A stretch of DNA of 64,000 nt from a virus (Duplodnaviria; Caudoviricetes): the IMG/VR virus record IMGVR_UViG_3300037483_000352, positions 24,084 through 88,083 of that record; one strand, 5' to 3'. Within the stretch, counting starts at the first letter, position 1; each line of letters starts with the position of its first letter. The notes below the pieces were generated by a model that did not search any database, was not told the DNA's origin, and saw only the letters and a list, made by a program, of their open reading frames with translations. Of this stretch, positions 10,781-22,433 are shown in pieces. The translations under genes were made by a program, and so were the position numbers.

Positions 10781-10852
10781 GGGCCCGTAGCTCAGCGGTA
10801 GAGCCCCTGCGTAGCAAGCAGGCGCGCGCTGGTTCGAATCCAGTCGGGTCCA
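10781..10852 (+). tRNA. tRNA-Ala(AGC); CCA not encoded
   Basis: Full cloverleaf: acceptor GGGCCCG/CGGGTCC with G3:U70 and A73, T-loop TTCGAAT, anticodon loop GT-AGC-AA. Confidence 0.8.
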
Positions 10853-10870
10853 CGCATCGAGGAGGTGCCC

Positions 10871-11145
10871 ATGGCAGATCGCCACGACCAGAACACCGAG
10901 GACAGCTACCCCCGCGAGGTGGACTTCACCCCGGCGCCGGAGCTGTTCGACCCGGCCGCGCTCCAGGCGGAGATCGAAGCCTCCGTCAACCCGGAGGGCA
11001 ACCGTTGATCGACTTTTTCCTGTCCGGCAACCGGGCCCGCCTGGCCTTGATCGTCCTGGCGTTGATCGGCGTCTTCGTACTCGCCAAGTGCGGTGAAGGC
11101 GGGATGTACCAGGGCGGGGGCGAGGACACACCTGGCTGGAGGTAG
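10871..11145 (+). other. Two small CDSs: 10871-11008 (acidic) and 11005-11145 (membrane)
   Basis: GGAGGT RBS; overlapping stop/start. Confidence 0.5.
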
Positions 11146-11180
11146 GCATGACGGCCGCCGGGAGCCGTAATCCCGCGCAC

Positions 11181-11252
11181 GCCCCCATGGTCCATGGGAA
11201 AGATGTCCGGCCCCTCAAGCCGGAGACGCGGGTTCGAATCCCGCTGGGGGTA
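11181..11252 (+). tRNA. tRNA-Glu(CTC); C33, CCA not encoded
   Basis: Acceptor GCCCCCA/TGGGGGT, anticodon arm CCGGC-CCCTCAA-GCCGG, T-arm GCGGG-TTCGAAT-CCCGC. Confidence 0.8.
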
Positions 11253-11304
11253 CGCACGACGGGCCACAAGGCCAGTTGATCTCAACCGGAAGGGGACGCC
11301 GTCC

Positions 11305-14300
11305 ATGGGAGACGACGCAGCGCAGTACCGGGCCGAATGGTCCACCCGGGCGGACCGCGCGCCGTCTGATGTCTACGTACCGGCGGCCCTGCGCGAGGCC
11401 GCCGACGTGGCCCCCAGGGCCTGCCCGGAGGGCGGTACGGCAGCAGCCATCGACAATACCGCCGACACGGTCCAGCCGGGCGATACGGCCACCGTGGTCT
11501 ACCGGCGCCAGGGCCAGGAGTACGTCATCCGGCTGACCGACACCCACCGGTCCCCGGGCCGGGTGTCCGGCCGGATAACCGGTATCGAGGAGGTACCGCA
11601 GGGATGAGCACACGCCGACGCACCACCACCCGGCGCCGGACCGTCCGCCAGGATCACCGGCGCGGCCACGGACACCGGAGCCGTAACGGGTCTGGGTGGA
11701 TCACAACACTCGTCATCATCGCAATGATCGTCATCGCCGCTGGCAATGACATGATCCAGATCACAGGGAAGTGACCACATGACAGACAAGATCACGTGGG
11801 AGCGCAGTACGGGAGTCGGCCGGTCCGGGTGGACCGGAACCGTCGGCGGCCGTCGGCTGTTCACGATCGAGGTTTCCGTCACGCGCGGGGTCGGCTGGCA
11901 GCTCCGTTCGACGCTGCCGTACGGCCTTGTACCGGAGAAGGCGACAGGTCAGGACGAGGCCGTCATCAAGGAGTACGCGGAACGCGTGCTGACCAGGTTC
12001 GTCCGTTCGCTCGGGGCCGCATGGCCCGATGGGAAGTGATCACATGTCCGACAAGATCAGTACCTGGTACGTGGTGTCCGACGCATCCGACCGCATCGAA
12101 CCGGTGGACGAGGACACACCCACCCACTACCAGACCCCCCAGGAGGCCGGAGACGGCATCGTGAACGGCTTCCACGGGGAGACGGGCACACGGTACGTCC
12201 TGGAGGTGGAGGTCGCTCCTGTGGCCATCTACGACCGCACATGGACCCTCGCCCGTAGCCAGCCGGACCCCGGCCCCCCGGTCGACCCGTTCTTCGACTC
12301 CCGGCAGTTCAACTCCGGGCCGGAGGTCAGCTGACCATGGCAACGATCATCACCCTGCCGGACCGCGACGAGATGGCCAACCGCCTCGTCGCGGTCGACG
12401 GCAGCGGGGACCTGGTCCGCCACTTCTACCCGCGTCTGCTGAGCAAGACCGGGAAGTCGAGCGGTCCCGCCGGGTTCGTGGTGCTCATGAACGAAGCCCT
12501 GGGGAACTACGCCACCGGGTCGCCCAAGGAGGGACGACCCGGCCGGGTCGTGAGTCTGATCACGCGCGTCGGGGAGTTCACCCGCGCGCTGATCGACGAC
12601 GAGGACGCCCGGACCGAGATCTTCGACGTGTTCGAGTCGGCCGGGGTCCCGGTCCGGCGGGAGGTCTGATCATGAGCGCTCTCACGCACAACGAGTCGAG
12701 CGAGGCGCTCGCCCGGGGCCCCTACGCGAAGCGCTACCGGCCGTGGCCCCCGGAAGGGTACGCCCCACCGACCGGCGAGGAGTTCCGGCAGCTTGCGGAG
12801 AAGATCCGCAGGCACGGTACCTACACGCTCACGCGCATGGGTCGGGACAAGATCCAGGACGAGGTGATCATCCGGCACATGCAGCTGATCGAGATCTTCC
12901 CCGACCAACGCGGGGCCAAGATCTACGACTACACCCGGTGGCTCCGGGAAGAGATGAACCGCCGGAAGATCACACACAAGTCGATCAAGCTGCCCCGCTG
13001 CGGTCTCTGCTCGCACGCGAGCGAGCGTCTGTGGGAGGTCACCCCGGAAACGCACAACATCATCGAGCACGACAAGCCGTGGTCGGGATTCGTCTGCTCC
13101 CGCTGCTGGTCGGAGTATCTGATCACTGAAGACTGATCAAGGAGACAGCAGAATGAAGATCGAAGACATCTTCCCCCTGGGAAACGTCTGGGCCGGTGCG
13201 TTCGAAAAGATGGAGTGGGCCGACGACGAGATCGACAAGGCCCGTGCCCGGCACGGCGAGACGGACCGGGGGCCGCTGTGGCACAGCTTCCTGACCGTCT
13301 GTCAGAACGAGCCGTACATGGCCGACGAGATCATCTACCGGGCCCACGCGCGGGAAATCCTCGAACGGGTGGCCGCCGGTCACGACGTCCGGCCGGGCAC
13401 CGACGCCGAGATGATCGCGGCCCTGAGGGATTCCAGCAAGACGGCTCCGCTGTCGTCGTCGGCTGTGTGCCTGTATTTCCGCATCGCGGCCCGGTCGTTC
13501 CCGGACCTGTGGGCCAAGGCCGGAGATCATTCCGACCTGACCGCGTACGAGTCCGTGCACGGGTCGGCCGCCGATGATCACGAATCGTGGCTCCGGGCCA
13601 AGATGACCCGGAACCGAGAGGTCTGATCGCGAATGGTCAGCTACCTGCGCTGCTGCGCCGGGTGCGGCGGGTCGTTCGCCGTCGCGTACACCACTAACGA
13701 AGCGTGGTTCTGCCCGAAGTGCACGGCCGCGCTTCCCGAGTTCAATCCCCAGCCCTACGGCCGGGGGCGCCCGGACGATCAGAGCGTCCGCTACGGGCCC
13801 TACCTCGTTCAATATGTCGTCCTTGATCGCAAGGGCGACATGGTGACGATCAGGCCCATGGGCAACCCGGACGCGATGTCGTTCGAGGTCCACGTCAACA
13901 ACCTGCGACCGATGTGGGTCACCTACGGCCGCTGAGAAGGGAGAGGTCATGAGCGCTGCCCGGCGCTGGACGCTGTGGGGGTGGACGGCCCGGTTCCGGC
14001 TGGATCCGGAGATCCCGATCCGGATCACGACAGGCAGCCTCCGGGACTGCAACACACGGGAACGCCAGTTCCGTCAGGACTACCCGGACGCACTGACCGG
14101 GGTCTACGAGTTCGGAGACAAGCCGGTAGGCCTGTCGATCCAGGTACAGCAGCGCATCGCGGAGACGTGACCATGACGACGCGCGAGGTGAGCATCCTGG
14201 CGACCGAGGCATGCCGGTTGCTGACGGCCGCAGGATGGGCCGTGACGTACGAGGAGCACGCCGTGGTCCTGCGCAGCGGACGGATGGTTCGGGAGATCGT

Positions 14301-17300
14301 CTATGACGACTCTCTTGGATCACTCGTCCCGAAACCCGAGGTCGACGTCTTGGTTCTCCTCGGGAAGAGGCGGCACGGGTGAAGCAGCGGAACGTGATCA
14401 ACCCCGACGGCAAGGGCCCCCGGATCTGGTGCGGACGCTGCGCCCGGCATGTTCCGGCGCAACAGGCCCCGTGGCCCAGCAGCCGGTACGTGGCGAAGCA
14501 GCACACCCATTCGACCAAGGAGAATTGATCATGACATGGGACAACCCACAGCCCGGCGAGGCCGGGCACGACGACGATCCCGCGAGCAAGAACCCGACAG
14601 GGCGCAAGCGGAAGTCGTCCGCAGGGCAGCGCCGCAAGAAGGACCGGAAGCTCTTCGGCGGGACCCCTTGGGCCAAGCCGAAGCCTGAAGATCCCAAAAA
14701 GAAGTGAGTCCCTGTTCGCGACCTGCGCCCGTCTCGTACGGGCGCAGTGCGGGGCAACAGGGCCCTACGGCACAGGAGAGATGACCATGGCATTCGATGA
14801 CAGCCCCGCCGACAACAATGATCGGCCGTTCGACTATGCCGACGCCAACGACTCGGAAGAGAATGGCGACTGGGAGCCCGTGGGGGTTCACCGGAACTCC
14901 GGCCCGTGGTTCACGCCGTCCGGCGACGGAGACGCCACCGGCGGAGGGCCGTACACCTCGGGGTCCGCGATCGAGGAGTTCGGGAGCGAGGACTGATCAT
15001 GCCACGTGCCAACGAGGTCAGCCGCGTACTCGCCGCAGCAGGTCACCGGCGCACGTCGACTTCCCGCACGGAGGTGCACGGCTGGACCGTCCACCATCGG
15101 GGGTTCCGGTGTTCGAACATGTCCTACGGCAAGGTGCGGGTAGAGCATGTGATCGGCAGTGCTTCCAACGACGTGCCGGAGGAACACCGGCGTGCGACAT
15201 GCGCGCGGTTCATCGCGCGATACGCCGAAGACCTGGATCAGAGCTACGACGTGACCGAGATCGAGAACATGTCAGGGCAACCGGTCCTGATCATCCGGGA
15301 CAGGAAGGAGGACCGATCGTGATCCGGCGCTGGAATGGCCAGATCGGAGGCTTCGGCCGTCGACTGGTCCACACGTACGAGAAGCGCGGCGGCATCGACA
15401 GGCTGAGCACCTCGGAATACATGGTCCACATCACGGTGGGGATCACCTCGGGGCCGGAGGCGGAGAAGGGCCGACGCGTCGACATCGATCTGACCGCTGC
15501 ACAGGCTCGGCAGATCGGCAAGGATCTGATCCGCCTCGCCGAGACCGTGGAGAAGGAGAACGACAGCACATGAGCAGTCACCGCGCCGGGGGACCGGCGC
15601 AGCACACCAGGGCGCCCCTGACCACGGGGCGCCTCGCATTGTGGCTGGGGTTCTGGCTGATCATTGCCCTGATGTTCATGGGCCTGGTCGTCACCCTGGC
15701 CGGGAAGGGATCGGCATGAACCAGCGACGTGATGCCAAGACCGACGCCGCCGAGGTCGACCTGACCGAAGCACGGCGCGCGGCCGACGCGTATCTGTCGG
15801 TCGCCCTGCGCCGCCTGGCTGATGACGACGACGCCATGGCTGGCGTCCGTGACCGGCTGCTGAGCAGGTTCGACTACGGGGACGCTGTTCCGGTCGAGCA
15901 AGTGATCGAGGCCTTGGCCGATCACCTCGGAGGCACGGCATGAGCAAAGACAACTACGGGTCGGTCGACGACAGTCACGCGGTCACCCGGTACGCGATCG
16001 TGGAGTGGTTCCCTGCCGACCATCCCGGTCTCCGGTACGGGTGGTCCGTGGTGACCCGGCTCATGTCCACCCCGGAGCGTGCGCGGGAACGCCTCGCCGA
16101 GGTACGCGCGGAACACCCGGACAAACCCGCTCTGTACTTCCGCGCGGCAGTGATCATCCGGACCTATGAGATCAAGGAGCTGGAAGAGTGGCCAGCAGGA
16201 TTGCCAAGTACGTGATCCACGGGGTGGTGGTCAGAGACCCTGGGGGCGGGTGGTGTCGGCCACATGGTGGGGGCGCGTCCCCTGGGGGACGTTCCATCCG
16301 TTCGCCACGTGGGCCGACGCCGCCGACTATCTGTCTCTGCGGCACCACCTCATGACCGAGGACAAGCCGTACCGGCCGGAACCGCACCGGCCCGGCCGGT
16401 CCATTCAGGAGGTACCCAAGTCCATGCTGCACACCAGCGAGCAGGCCACATGCCCGATCGTGGACGCCCCGGACAACTACCACTTCGAGAGGCTGTGCGA
16501 GGACTGCGACGTCAAGGTCATGGCCGGACTCAACCTGGGTCAGGTGGAGGACCGGTTCGGTCAGGCCCGGATCAGCCGGAACCAACTGGACGCGTACCGG
16601 TGGGTGTGGGCTCTGCTGTCCCCTGCGGGCAGTAACCCGCACTGGAAGAACCAGCCGTATGTGACCGACCCCGACGTCCGCAGGATCTCCCGGAAGCTGC
16701 TCCGTTTCCGGGGTCACCCGGTACCTGACGTTCTGTCGGAGACCGCGTCATAACCCGGCGGTACGACAACATCAAGGACCTCTGGCCCGAGCCGCCCGTC
16801 ACCATGATGGACCGGCTCCGCCAGACCATCGACGTGTGGGGCGACTACCCGGACGACTTCGTGATCGTGATAGCTACGATCGAGGTGTACGGATCCCACG
16901 TGTCCACCGGCCTGACGGTCGGTGATCTCAAGGAGCTGTACTGCCGGGAGCGTCTCGGCACGGACACGGTGATGTACGGCAGCGCGGCCGACAGGCTGCG
17001 TGACCGCCTGCGCGAGGACATCGAGAAACATGGTCCTCCCCCCGGAGATCCCCACCAGCCCTGAAGGGTGCGGTCATGGGACACAAGCGCGTGCAGCTCA
17101 ACAAGACCCGGACCACCAAACGATCAACGACCACAGACAACCGGCACAGCAACCCGGCGACCGACCGAAGCGAGATCCGCAAGGACGTCGCGAAGGTCTG
17201 GTGGCCGGACGCCTGACCGCCGCACCACAGCGAGCCCCGGAGCAGTCGGCCGGGGCTCGCTGTGGCACTACGGAAGGAGGCCGCCAGCCATGCGCGACTA

Positions 17301-17583
17301 CGACCCGGAGAAGGACGGCTGGGTCCACCGGGTCACCCCGCGAGCGGACCGATTCCCCAGTGGCGATCTGTGCCACAACGGGCGTGATCATGAGTTCGCC
17401 TCGGGTGAGTGCGTCCACTGCCTGAAGCCGGATCCGTACCAGGACCGGCCCGCCATGGTGCACGCGTACGACACCCGGAACGATCACATCTGCTTCGCCG
17501 GTTGCCGACACGCGCGTACCCCGGACGGCCGGTACCTCCGGAACCGTCCGCCGGATTTCGATGATCTGTACCCCGACGACTGA
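11305..17583 (+). other. Dense run of small hypothetical CDSs: 11305-11607, 11604-11774, 11779-12039, 12044-12334, 12337-12669, 12672-13136, 13153-13626, 13633-13935, 13949-14170, 14173-14382, 14379-14528, 14531-14707, 14787-14996, 14999-15322, 15319-15573, 15570-15719, 15716-15943, 15940-16215, 16352-16753, 16804-17064, 17290-17583
   Basis: Translationally coupled ORFs; several carry CxxC pairs (e.g. 12672-13136, 13633-13935). Confidence 0.6.
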
Positions 17584-17594
17584 GAGAGATCCGT

Positions 17595-17927
17595 ATGAGC
17601 ACCCATACGAAAGCGACCGGCTACCTGAATCACACGGGTCTGGTCGACGCGGTAGCAGCTGAATCCGGAGTCGACCGGGAGACCGTGGGCAGGGTTCTGC
17701 GGGCCACGTTCGACGTCGTCGGCCGGACCGTGTCCGCCGGTCTGGAGGTCCGCGTGACCAACTTCGGCACGTGGAGCCGCCGGATGATCCGCGCAACCCG
17801 CAACCCGCAGACCGGTGAGACCTCCGGCCCTTCGGCATCCGTAGGGTTCCGTCCCACCGGCAGGCTGACCGAGTGGGTCAAGTCGGGCCAGCCGTCGGCC
17901 ACCCTCAAGAAGGACCGGAGCCACTGA
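17595..17927 (+). CDS. HU/IHF-family DNA-binding protein
   Basis: LVDAVAAESG...NFGTW...RNPQTGE...VGFRPTGRL matches the HU fold signature. Confidence 0.85.
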   Translation: MSTHTKATGYLNHTGLVDAVAAESGVDRETVGRVLRATFDVVGRTVSAGLEVRVTNFGTWSRRMIRATRNPQTGETSGPSASVGFRPTGRLTEWVKSGQPSATLKKDRSH

Positions 17928-18204
17928 TCACGTACTGGACAAGGTCCGGCTGATCACCCACCACCCACAGATGTCCGGGTCCATGATGGTCCGGACGGGA
18001 TACCACAACTCAACAGATCCGAGATGATCGCCATGAACGGCGAGATCCGATCGACAGCAGTAACCGCGTCGTGCATACCGGCCGTCGAACTGGCCCACTA
18101 CCTGGACCCGTACGACTACGACGGCGGCCCGTTCCAGTGTCTGGCCCCGGGGCGTCCCCGGACCGTAGCGGAGACCACCCGTGATGCGGGCCCTGTGCCC
18201 GTCT

Positions 18205-18280
18205 CTGACCTCCCGAGCACACCCCCGGACGTGGGGTACCCGCTCGCGGGGTGAGGCCGTCAGACGGCCGTACAGAGCTT
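18205..18280 (+). repeat. Degenerate copy of the dispersed element
   Basis: CTGACCT...GGGTACC...CAGACGGCCGTACAGAGCTT; an inverted partial right block lies at 18191-18204. Confidence 0.6.
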
Positions 18281-18301
18281 CGGGCCGGGGAGGTGAACCG
18301 C

Positions 18302-18370
18302 ATGCTGAACTACGCGATCGGGGTTGTTGTCCTGATCATCCTGGTAGTCATCCTCATATCCATCATCTAG
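18302..18370 (+). CDS. 22 aa hydrophobic peptide
   Basis: GGAGGTG RBS; single TM segment MLNYAIGVVVLIILVVILISII. Confidence 0.45.
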   Translation: MLNYAIGVVVLIILVVILISII

Positions 18371-18399
18371 CGCGTGAAGCCCCGGGCAGCCGGGGTGAT

Positions 18400-18473
18400 G
18401 TGCACGTAGCTCAGCCCGGTAGAGCGCGGTCCTGATAAGGCCGGAGCCGCTGGTTCGAATCCAGCCGTGCGCA
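18400..18473 (+). tRNA. tRNA-Ile(GAT); CCA not encoded
   Basis: Cloverleaf with anticodon loop CT-GAT-AA, T-loop TTCGAAT and A73. Confidence 0.85.
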
Positions 18474-18511
18474 CTCCTGACCACCACCCGCACCCACGAG
18501 AAGGATCACCT

Positions 18512-18781
18512 ATGTCATTCAACGACCGCTTGATCGGTGCGTTCACCGTCCAGCCGAACAGGTTGGCGCCGGGCGACGTGATCGCCGACATGGAGGGACG
18601 CCGGGCAATCCGGATAGACCAGATCAAGCCCATACTGATCAACTGCCACGGACACGAGACCCCGGTCTGGTGGATCAAGGGAACGCAGGACAGGGATGAC
18701 GGGTGGTTCAACATCCCGGTCATCACAGTCTGTGTCCCCCGCCAGCCCTGGTACCGGCTCGCACGTTCCGACAGGGCGTGA
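18512..18781 (+). CDS. Hypothetical protein
   Basis: ORF with AAGGA RBS. Confidence 0.55.
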   Translation: MSFNDRLIGAFTVQPNRLAPGDVIADMEGRRAIRIDQIKPILINCHGHETPVWWIKGTQDRDDGWFNIPVITVCVPRQPWYRLARSDRA

Positions 18782-18866
18782 CACACCCGCTGTCCGCAAC
18801 GGTCCTGGCATCCGCCGGGGCCGTTGCCCGGTGGCAGCTCAACCGAGCACCGGAAGGAGGTACATC

Positions 18867-19115
18867 GTGGACGCTCTGACGAAACGTCAGCTGGAGGTCA
18901 CCCGGCTTGCCGCCGGGGGACTGACCAACGCCGAGATAGCAACTGAACTGGGGATCAAGCCGGAGTCCGTGAAGTCCCACCTCTCCGGCGCGTGCAGGAA
19001 AATGGGTGCGCGCAACCGCGCGCACCTGGTGCACCTGGCCCACGGGGCCGGGCTCTTCGAGGGGACGAAGGCCGGTGTGCGCTCACGAGACACCACAGGA
19101 AGCCGCGCGTTGTAG
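18867..19115 (+). CDS. LuxR/GerE-type helix-turn-helix regulator
   Basis: LTKRQLEVTRLAAGGLTNAEIATELGIKPESVKSHL...KMGARNRAHLV. Confidence 0.85.
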   Translation: MDALTKRQLEVTRLAAGGLTNAEIATELGIKPESVKSHLSGACRKMGARNRAHLVHLAHGAGLFEGTKAGVRSRDTTGSRAL

Positions 19116-21359
19116 TTGCACGGGGTACGGGTTCGGAGATCCCCCGTGCCGGTGCGGTCACCCCAGGTCCCAGCACCTGGACGGCACCGGAGCCTGCGTG
19201 ATCGCAGCCTCCCGGTGCCACGAGTTCGTGATCCGGATGGACGAGCCGTTCCCGGTGACCGTCGCCCTGGTGAACGCAGCCGCCGACGCGATCATGATCG
19301 AGATGGGGTTCGATCCGGCCGTTGCCCAGCAGACCGCCATGTCCGCACTCTTCGCGGGCCGCCGTCATGCCACCGAACGAGACACGGAGCTGGACCGTGT
19401 CCGTGCCCAGAACGACCGCCTGCGCAAGCAACTGGCGCGGGCAGAACGGAGGTTCACCCCAGATGACCGATGACACCAACCGCATACCGGGCTCGTGCCC
19501 CTGGTGCGTCCGGGTGCGCTGCGACCATATGCACAGGACCGGGGATCCACGGCTGCACTGGCCGTGCAACTGGTCGGGGTACCGGCGCCGGGGTGACGCA
19601 CACAAGCCGTGCCCGTGGTGCTGGACGACCGTGGGCCCGTTCACCGTCAGCCCGGTGTTCCACCGGATGGGCCACATCTGTACGAGCAAGCCGAGGGAGA
19701 AGCGGTGAGCACGGTTCACGGCCTCGCGTGCAACGGGTGCAGGGCCAGCATCCTGTTCACCCGGGAGCGCGGCGGCCAGGTTCCGACCAAGGCCGTCATG
19801 GAACAGGTCGCGCGGGACACAGGATGGAACGCACCGGACAAGCTCGGACGTCACTGGTGCCCGAAGTGCCGAGCAAACGGAAGGAAGCGCAAGCAGTGAT
19901 CATAAATAGTCTGATGCCGCAATCGGAGTTCGAGGCTGAGCGGCTGCGGATAGGGTCCACCCCGGCCGCTCCGTGCCCCCCGGAGCTGGAGACCTACTGC
20001 CTGGTGTGCCGCCGCATGGTGGAGGCCAGGCCGTGCGACAGGGGCCGGTCGTTCATCCCGGTCCGGCACTTCCGGGTGGACCTCAGCTTGCAGGACCGCG
20101 AGACCGTCATGTGCACCGGGACGTACGTCCAGGGTCCCGGCCCGGGGTTCGGGGCCGAGGATCCCATGGCCGTATTCCACGGTGAGCCGGAGAGGAAGGC
20201 GGTCTGGACATGGCAATAGAACCGCTGCCGGGAGACCCACCGTGGCTGACCGACCGTCGCCGGGAGTTCGTCCGCCGGGTCGAGGAGGCCCACGAGGCCG
20301 GTCGGCCGTACACCGGTGATCCGTATGATGATCAATTCGCTCCGCGAGATCCACGGTTCGAGTGGGTCAATACCCAGACCATGGGCGAGGCCGCACCGAC
20401 ATGGCTCAAGGCAGGGTGCCGTCACCTCACCCCGGCGCCGGTCGACCTGCGCACAACGGAGCTGGTGGCCTGGTGGTGCCCTGACTGCGGGCGGCAGTTC
20501 GACCGCGACCGCTGGCCGGTGCCCGATGGTATGTGGGTGCCGCTGCCGGACGTCATCCGGCCGGTGTCCGGCCTGGCCCATGAGGTCACGGTGTTGCCGT
20601 CCAACGGGTTCGAGCAGTGCGAGAAGTGGGTTGGGGCGGACGCCCTGATCGATCGGGCGCACATCGACAACGTCCCGGTGGTTCTTCCGGACGGGTCGAC
20701 CTACATCCCGCTGTGGCAGAACCCCCGGATGACCGGCTCCGGGGACCTGATCCCGTGGACCACGTGGGCCAGGAAGTTGCTCGCACCCGCATGGGACTTG
20801 GCCAAGAACATGATCGTCATCATGGCTTCGACATCCCCGTTCCTGGTCCCGCTCCTGTACATCGTCGGCTCGATGATCGGATGGTGGTCCTGATGGGCGA
20901 CACCGACCCGGACCGCGAGGAAGAGTTCACCGACCACCTCCAGGACAACGACCCCGACCGGGCCGCGACGGCATGGGTCACCCTGTGCCTGATCGTGGCC
21001 GTCCTGCTCGTAACGATCGCCGTGGAGGCACTCCTATGAGGGAGTACAGCATGCCGGACGGAACGCCTGTACCGGCCGAACTGCAAGAGAAGATCGCCGC
21101 CGACGTCCGGGACTTCGACCGGGCGCAGACCCCGGAGGCCCGCCAGGCCGTGGCGCTGCGGAAGATCTCCGCCGAGCTGCCGCGCATCCGCGCGGCGATG
21201 ACCGGTGAGGATCAGTCCGTCCAGGCGCGGCAGGCCACGGCCCTGGAGATCATGGCCCTGAGCGAGCTGGGATTCCCCGCAGACACCCTGCGGTCTACTC
21301 CCCTGGCTCAGCGGCTCATGTTCCGCTACGGGCTGACCGGCTCGGAGCCGCTGCTGTGA
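19075..21359 (+). other. Hypothetical CDSs, several Cys-rich: 19075-19473, 19463-19708, 19705-19899, 19896-20219, 20210-20893, 20893-21039, 21036-21359
   Basis: Coupled ORFs with multiple CxxC motifs. Confidence 0.55.
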
Positions 21360-21929
21360 ATGAATCCGGGCACTAGGCTGACCGCCATGACTCGATACGC
21401 ACCGAAGCCCGGGGACATCGGCCTGGTCGCCATCCCCGGGACCGGAGGCAAGTTGATCAGGGCCCTTCAGTGGGCGAATGCGGACGGCTGGTCCGAGTGG
21501 CAGCACGCGTTCACCTGCGTCGGCTGGGGCAAGGTGATCGAGGCCATGCCGGGAGGCGCCCGCCAGGCTCCGGTCGGCCACTACAACGAAGACGAGATCC
21601 TGTGGCTGCGGTGCCCTCCGCAGTACGGGGTGGCTGTGGCGCAGGCCGCCCTCGGGATGATCGGCACACCGTACAGCTTCCTGGACTATGGTGCCCTCGC
21701 GCTGCACCGGTTCCGCATCCCGGCGCCGCACCTGCGCGCGTACATCGAGACGTCCAAGCACCAGATCTGTAGCCAGCTGGCCGACCGGGCGGCCCTGCTG
21801 GGCGGCTGGTACATCTTTGATGACGGCCGGTGGCCGGGGTACGTCACGCCTAACGATCTAGTACGGGTGGCCCTGGCGCAGTCCCGGGACATCACCACGT
21901 ACATCGAACGGTGGAAGGGCCCGCGCTAA
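21360..21929 (+). CDS. Permuted papain-like (YaeF/YiiX, NlpC/P60 superfamily) enzyme
   Basis: PGDI...WQHA (His first), EA, YSFLDY, ICSQL (Cys late): the permuted catalytic order. Confidence 0.7.
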   Translation: MNPGTRLTAMTRYAPKPGDIGLVAIPGTGGKLIRALQWANADGWSEWQHAFTCVGWGKVIEAMPGGARQAPVGHYNEDEILWLRCPPQYGVAVAQAALGMIGTPYSFLDYGALALHRFRIPAPHLRAYIETSKHQICSQLADRAALLGGWYIFDDGRWPGYVTPNDLVRVALAQSRDITTYIERWKGPR

Positions 21930-21938
21930 CCTGTCGGC

Positions 21939-22184
21939 ATGACGGACGTGCGCGCATCGAAGCTCCCCTTCGGACCCGGGTCGTCTCTGTGGGCCTATTG
22001 GACGAAGGGGAAGGGCGCGGCCAAGTGGACCGGCGCGGCCAAGAAGTGGTCCACCCTGAACAAACTGCTCAAGGCGGCAGGTGTCCCGGCCAAGGTGGTT
22101 GACGGCCTGACAACGAACATCATCGAAGCCGTGATGCCTGGCTATATGGACTCCAAGCAGAAGAAAGGCAAGTACGCTAAATGA
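21939..22184 (+). CDS. Small protein with a WAYWTKGKGAAKW motif
   Basis: Resembles a short domain seen in actinophage head-region proteins (recalled, not searched). Confidence 0.5.
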   Translation: MTDVRASKLPFGPGSSLWAYWTKGKGAAKWTGAAKKWSTLNKLLKAAGVPAKVVDGLTTNIIEAVMPGYMDSKQKKGKYAK

Positions 22185-22375
22185 TCACCGACCCCGACAA
22201 GAAGGCCACCAAGCGCGGCTGGTTCCGCACGCTGTTCTCGCCATTCATGGGCGCCAACATCCGGCGCGCGCGGCTACAGACCCGCGACGTCCAGGACGCA
22301 CGCGCGAATCTTCGCGCCCAGCGGTCCGCCAACGCCGACGTGAAGGAACTCCGTCGGCGCGGCATCCTCAAGTAG
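22181..22375 (+). CDS. Small basic hypothetical protein
   Basis: ATGA-coupled ORF. Confidence 0.5.
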   Translation: MITDPDKKATKRGWFRTLFSPFMGANIRRARLQTRDVQDARANLRAQRSANADVKELRRRGILK

Positions 22376-22391
22376 ATCACTGCACGTACGG

Positions 22392-22432
22392 CAGGCGCCG
22401 GGTCCGGACCATGTCCGGGTCGGCGCCCTTCG
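22392..22432. terminator. GC-rich hairpin between convergent genes
   Basis: GGCGCCG..CCGGAC-CAT-GTCCGG..CGGCGCC. Confidence 0.5.
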
Positions 22433-22433
22433 C

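Noticed and set aside
16166-16355. Possible frameshifted pseudogene
   Set aside because: An alternative 47 aa ORF (16212-16355) couples cleanly to both neighbours; this cannot be resolved without homologs
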